This document shows positions 59,301-64,000 of a DNA stretch of 64,000 nt, one piece after another. Location: assembly GCF_009914755.1 (NCBI RefSeq), contig NC_060939.1. The stretch is one strand, 5' to 3'. Position 1 is the first letter of the stretch. Each line of letters opens with the position of its first letter. The position numbers were made by a program, and so were the translations under genes. The notes under the pieces were generated by a model that was not told the DNA's origin, made no database searches, and worked only from the letters and a program-made list of their open reading frames with translations. This DNA is from the human T2T-CHM13v2.0 reference genome, Homo sapiens.

Positions 59301-60126
59301 TTCCATTACACTCCATTCCATATTATTCCATTACACTCCATTCCATTCTATTACTTTCATTTCCATTCAATTCCATTCCATTTGATTCCATTCCACTCGG
59401 TTTCATTCCATTTGAGTCCATTCCATTCCATTCCATTCCATTCCATTCCATTCCATTCCGTTCCATTCCTTTCAGTTCCATTCCATTCTGTTCCATTCCA
59501 TTCCATTCCATTCCATTCCATTCCATTCCATTCGGTACCATTCCATATTGTTCCCTTCGATTCCATTCGAATCCATTCCATTCCAGTCCATTCCATTCGA
59601 TTCCATTCCATTCCTTTCAATTCCATTCCATTCCATTCCATTCCACTTGATTCCACTCCATTCCCTTCCACTGCATTCCATTCGATTCCATTCCATTGCA
59701 TTGCATTCCATTCCATTGGATTGCATTCCATTCGATTCCATTCCATTCGAATCAATTACATAGCAATCCATTACATTCGAGTCTATTCTATTCCGTTCCA
59801 TTCGATTTCGTTCCAATCCATTCGATTCCATTCCATTCGATTCCATTCCATACTATTGCATTCCATTCGATTAAATTATATTCGAATAAGTTCCATTCAA
59901 GACCATTTCTTTTGAGTCCATTCTATTTGAGTCCATTCCCTTTGATTCCATAACATTTGAGTCCATTCAATTCCATTCCTTTCGTTTCCATTCCATCTGA
60001 TGCCATTCCATTCAATTCTGTTCTACTCGACTCCAATACATTCAATTCCATTCCATCCGATTCCATTACATTCTTTTCATTTCTTATCCATTTCAAGCCA
60101 TTCCATTCCTTTCCATTCCACTCGTT
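53386..60126 (+). repeat. Long unit L5 (6741 bp); T from 56380, T' from 58273
   Basis: Spacing 53705->60446. Confidence 0.85.
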
Positions 60127-63100
60127 TCCTTTCCATTCGAGTCCATTCCACTCCACTCCATTCCATTCGAATACATTTCACTCCAGTCCATTCCATTCGA
60201 ATTCATTTCACTCCAGTCCATTAAATTCGAGTACATTCCATTCCATTCTATTCAATGCCATTCCATTCGATTCTATTCCTTTTGACACCATTCCGTTCCA
60301 TCCGATTCCATTCCATTGTATTCCATTCAATTCCATTCCATTGCATTCCATTCCATTCCATTCGTTTCCATTTCATTCTAATTCATTCCGCTCAAGTCCA
60401 TTCCATTCGAGTCCATTCCCTTCCAGTCCATTCCAATAGAGTCCATTGCTTTCCATTCCATTCGATATCTTCCCATTACAGTCCATTCCATTCTATTCCT
60501 TTGGTTCCCATTCAATTCAATTCCATTTGATTACATTTCATTTGATTACATTCCATTCGACTCCATTCCATTCGAGTCCATTCCATTCCAGTCCATTCCA
60601 TTCGATTCCATTCCATTCGATTCCATTCCACTCATTTCCACTCCGTTGCATTCCATTGCATTCCATTCTATTCCATTCCATTGCATTCCATTCCTTTCGA
60701 TTCCATTCCATTCGAATCAATTACATTGCAATGCATTACTTTCATGCCCTTTCTATTAAAGTCCAATGCATTATGGTCCATTCCATTCAATTCCATTCTA
60801 TTCCATTCCATTCGAATCAATTACATTGCAATCCATCACATTCAAGTACCTTCTGTTCCAGTCCATTCAATTCTGGTCTATTCCATTCAATTCCATTCCC
60901 TTTGTTTCCATTCCATTCTTGTACATTCCATTGGATTCCATCTCATTGAAATAAGTTCTATTCGAGACCATTTCTTCGAGTCCAATCAATTTGAGTCCAT
61001 TCCATTCGAGTCCATTACATCTGGGTCTATTCCATTCCATCCCATTCCATTCGATGCCATTCAATTTGATTCTTTTCCTTTCGGCTCCATTCCTTTCCTT
61101 TCAGTTCCATCGGATTCCATTCCATTCTATTCCTTTCCATTTCATTGCATTCCATTCCATTCCACTGGAGACCATTCCACTTCAGTGCATTCCATTCCAG
61201 TGTATTCCATTCCATTCCATTCCATTCCGTTCCATTCCATTCCATTCCATTCCATTCCATTCCATTCCATTCGATATCTTTCCATTACACTCCATTCCAT
61301 TGTATTCCTTTACAGTCCATTCATTTCCATTCTATTCGATTCCATTCAATTCAATTCCATTACATTCGACTCCATTTCATTCGAGTCCATTGCTATCCAT
61401 TTCATTCCAATTCTTTCTGTTCTATTCCATTCCGTTCGATTCCATTTTGTTCCAGTCCATTCCATTCGAGTCCATTGCTTTCCAGTGCAATTCATTTGAT
61501 TCCACTCCATTCGATTCCATTCCACTCAATTCCACTCCGTTCCATTCCTTTGCGTTCCTTTCTCTTCCATTCCATTGCATTCCATTCCATTCCATTCCAT
61601 TTGTTTACATTCCATTGAATTCCAATCCAGTTGAATCAATTACATTGCAGTCCATTACATTCGAGTCTGTTCTATCCCAGTTCATTCGATTCTGGTGCAT
61701 TCCATTGGATTCCTTTCCATTCGATACCATTCCATACTATTGCATTCCATTCGATTCCATTGTTTTCGAATAAATTCCAATCGAGACCATTCCTTTCGTG
61801 TCCATTCTATTTGACTCCATTCCATTTGAGTCCAATAAATTTGTGAACAGTCCATTCCTTTCCATTCCATTCCATTCCATTCCATTCGGTGCCATTCCAT
61901 TCCACTCTATTCCATTCAAGTCCATTCTATTTGATTCCATTCCATTCCATTCGATGCCATTACATTCAATTCTATTCCATTCGACTCCATTCAATTCCAT
62001 TCTCTTCCAAACGATTCCATTCCATTCTATTACTTTCTATTCCAATCCATTCCATTCCTTTCCATTCGTTTCCATTCCATTCGAGTCCACTCCACTCCAG
62101 TCCATTCCATTCCAGGCCATTCCATTCAAGTCCATTCCACTCCATTCCATTCCATTCGATATCTTTCAATAACACCCCATTCCATTCTGTTCCTTACAAA
62201 TCAATTCAATTCCATTCCATTTGATTCCATTAAATTCGATTACATTCCATTCGACTCCATTCCATTCGACTCTATTCCATTCAAGTCCATTCCATTCCAT
62301 TCCATTGCATTCCGTTCGAATCCCTATTCCATTGCATTTTGTTCCAGTCCATTCCATTTGAGTCCATTCCATGCCAAATCATTCCATTTGATTCCATTCC
62401 AATCGATTCCATTGCACTCGAATCCAGTGCGTTCCATTCCATTGCTTTCCATTCTATTACATTCCATTGCATTACTTTGCATTCCATTTGATTACATTCC
62501 TTTCGATTGCATTAATTTCGAATCAATTACATTGCAATCCATTGCATTCGAGTTCTATTCCAGTCCATTCCAGTCCATTCAAATCAGGCCCATTCCGTTC
62601 CATTCCATTCCATTCGATTCCATTCCATTCGAATCGATTGCATTGCAATGCTTTACATTCAAGTCTGTTTTATTCCAGTCCAATCCATTCCGGTCCATTC
62701 CGTTCGATTCCATTCCATTCGATGCCATTCCATACTATTGTATTTCATTCGATTCCATTCTATTCAAATAAATTCCACTCGAGACCATTCCTTTGAGTCC
62801 ATTCTATTTGAGTCCATTCCATTCGAGTCCATTACATTTGGGTCCATTCCATTCAATTCCAATGCAATCCATTCCATTCGATGTCACTCCATTCATTTTT
62901 ATTCCATTAGAATCCATGTCATTCGAGTCCATTCCATTCTATTCCATTCCACTCCATTCCATTCCATTCCACTCCATTCCATTCGTTGCCGTTCCATTCA
63001 ATTCTATTATATTCCACTCCATTTAATTCCATTCCATTCCATTCCATTCTATCCAATTCCGTTCCATTCTATTCCTTTAAATTCTTCCATTCCATTCCAT

Positions 63101-64000
63101 TCGTTTCCATTCCATTCGAGTAAAGTCCACTCCAGTCCTTTCCATTCGAGTCCATTCCTCTCCAGTGCATTCCGTTCAATCCATTCCATTCCAGTCCATT
63201 CCATTCGAGTCCGTTCCATTCCAGTCCATTCCATTCGAGTCAATTCCATTCAATTCGACATCTTTCCATAACGATCCATTCCATTCTATTCCTTTCGATT
63301 CCATTCCATTCTATTTCATTCCATTCGATTCCCTTCCATTGGACTCCTTTCCATTCGAGTGCATTCCATTCCGTTCCATTTCTTTCCGTTCTGTACAATT
63401 CCTACCGTTCGATTTCATTTTGTTCCAGTCCATTCCTTTCGCGTCCATTCCATTCCATTTCACTCCATTCGATTCCATTCCATTCGATTCCATTCCACTC
63501 GATTCCACTTCGTTCCATTTCATTGCATTCCATTCTATTCACCTCTATTGCCTTCCATTCCATTCCATTCGATTACATTCCATGCGATTCCATTCGAAAT
63601 TGAATCAATTACATTGCTATCCATTACTATTGAGTCCGTTTTATTCCAGTGCACTGCATTCTGGTCCATTCCATTTGATTCCATTCCATTCTATTCCATT
63701 CCATACAGTTGCATTCCATTGGATTCCATTCTATATCTATAAATTCAATTCGAGACCATTGCTTTTGAGTCCATTCTATATGATTCCATTCCATTCAAGT
63801 CCATTACATTTGGTTCAATTCCATTCCATTCCATTCCCTTCCATTCCATTCCATTTGATATCAATCCATTCGATTCCATTCCATTCGAGCACATTCCATT
63901 CGAGTCCATTCCATTCGATGCCATTCCATTTGATTCTATTCCATTAGTCTCCTTTCAATTCCATTAATCTCCATTCCATTCCATTCTACTCCAACTGATT
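60127..64000 (+). repeat. Partial unit (C plus start of T at 63136), truncated by the window end
   Basis: Matches 2272-6145 at offset 57855. Confidence 0.85.

Larger units (their letters stand above)
1..64000 (+). repeat. Satellite III (HSat3)-type (CATTC)n pericentromeric/acrocentric satellite array, A-like variant spectrum
   Basis: Continuous diverged ATTCC pentamers end to end, C-rich on + strand. Frequent variants ATTCG, AGTCC, ATTCT, ATTGC, ATTAC. ORFs read HSIPF/MEWNG, the translation of the pentamer. No GATGATGATT (HSat2) or TCGGGTTG (B-type) motifs noticed. Subfamily and species are inferred. Confidence 0.97.

Noticed and set aside
12-63947. Hundreds of 60-337 aa ORFs (HSIPF.../MEWNG...)
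   Set aside because: ATTCC/GGAAT repeats contain no stop codon in any frame. The ORFs overlap in all frames, often start at non-ATG codons, frameshift freely between copies and show no recognisable domain.
1-64000. Assignment to HSat2, DYZ1, or a specific chromosome or species
   Set aside because: No HSat2 GATGAT motifs were seen, and the periods differ from the ~3.6-kb DYZ1 unit. Chromosome and species (human versus other great ape) need an alignment.
1-64000. Inversions or Alu/L1 insertions
   Set aside because: I saw no GGAAT-oriented stretch, poly-A tail or non-satellite sequence on the + strand.

Overview
The whole 64-kb window is one uninterrupted, single-orientation array of diverged (CATTC)n/(GGAAT)n pentamer satellite, i.e. 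hominid Satellite III (HSat3). The variant spectrum looks A-like: abundant CATTCGAGTC and CATTCGATTC, and I saw no CAACCCGA/TCGGGTTG or HSat2 GATGAT motifs. I found no genes, RNA genes, transposons or CRISPR arrays; all listed ORFs are translation artefacts of the pentamer. The interest is architectural. The repeat is nested: pentamer -> ancient 0.82-1.06-kb subunit -> higher-order units in two forms, long L (C+T+T', 6741-6756 bp) and short S (C+one chimeric T, 4808-4848 bp). Unit order is [partial]-L-S-S-S-S-S-L-L-L-L-[partial]. The T/T' duplication junction sits in a 23-bp exact homology. The S block carries its own variant set and alternates two variants (9631-bp period). The first units' variants reappear about 51-58 kb later. 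Spacings were derived from matching ORF-track coordinates and spot-checked by eye; no alignment was run. I found no evidence of a novel protein-coding system.
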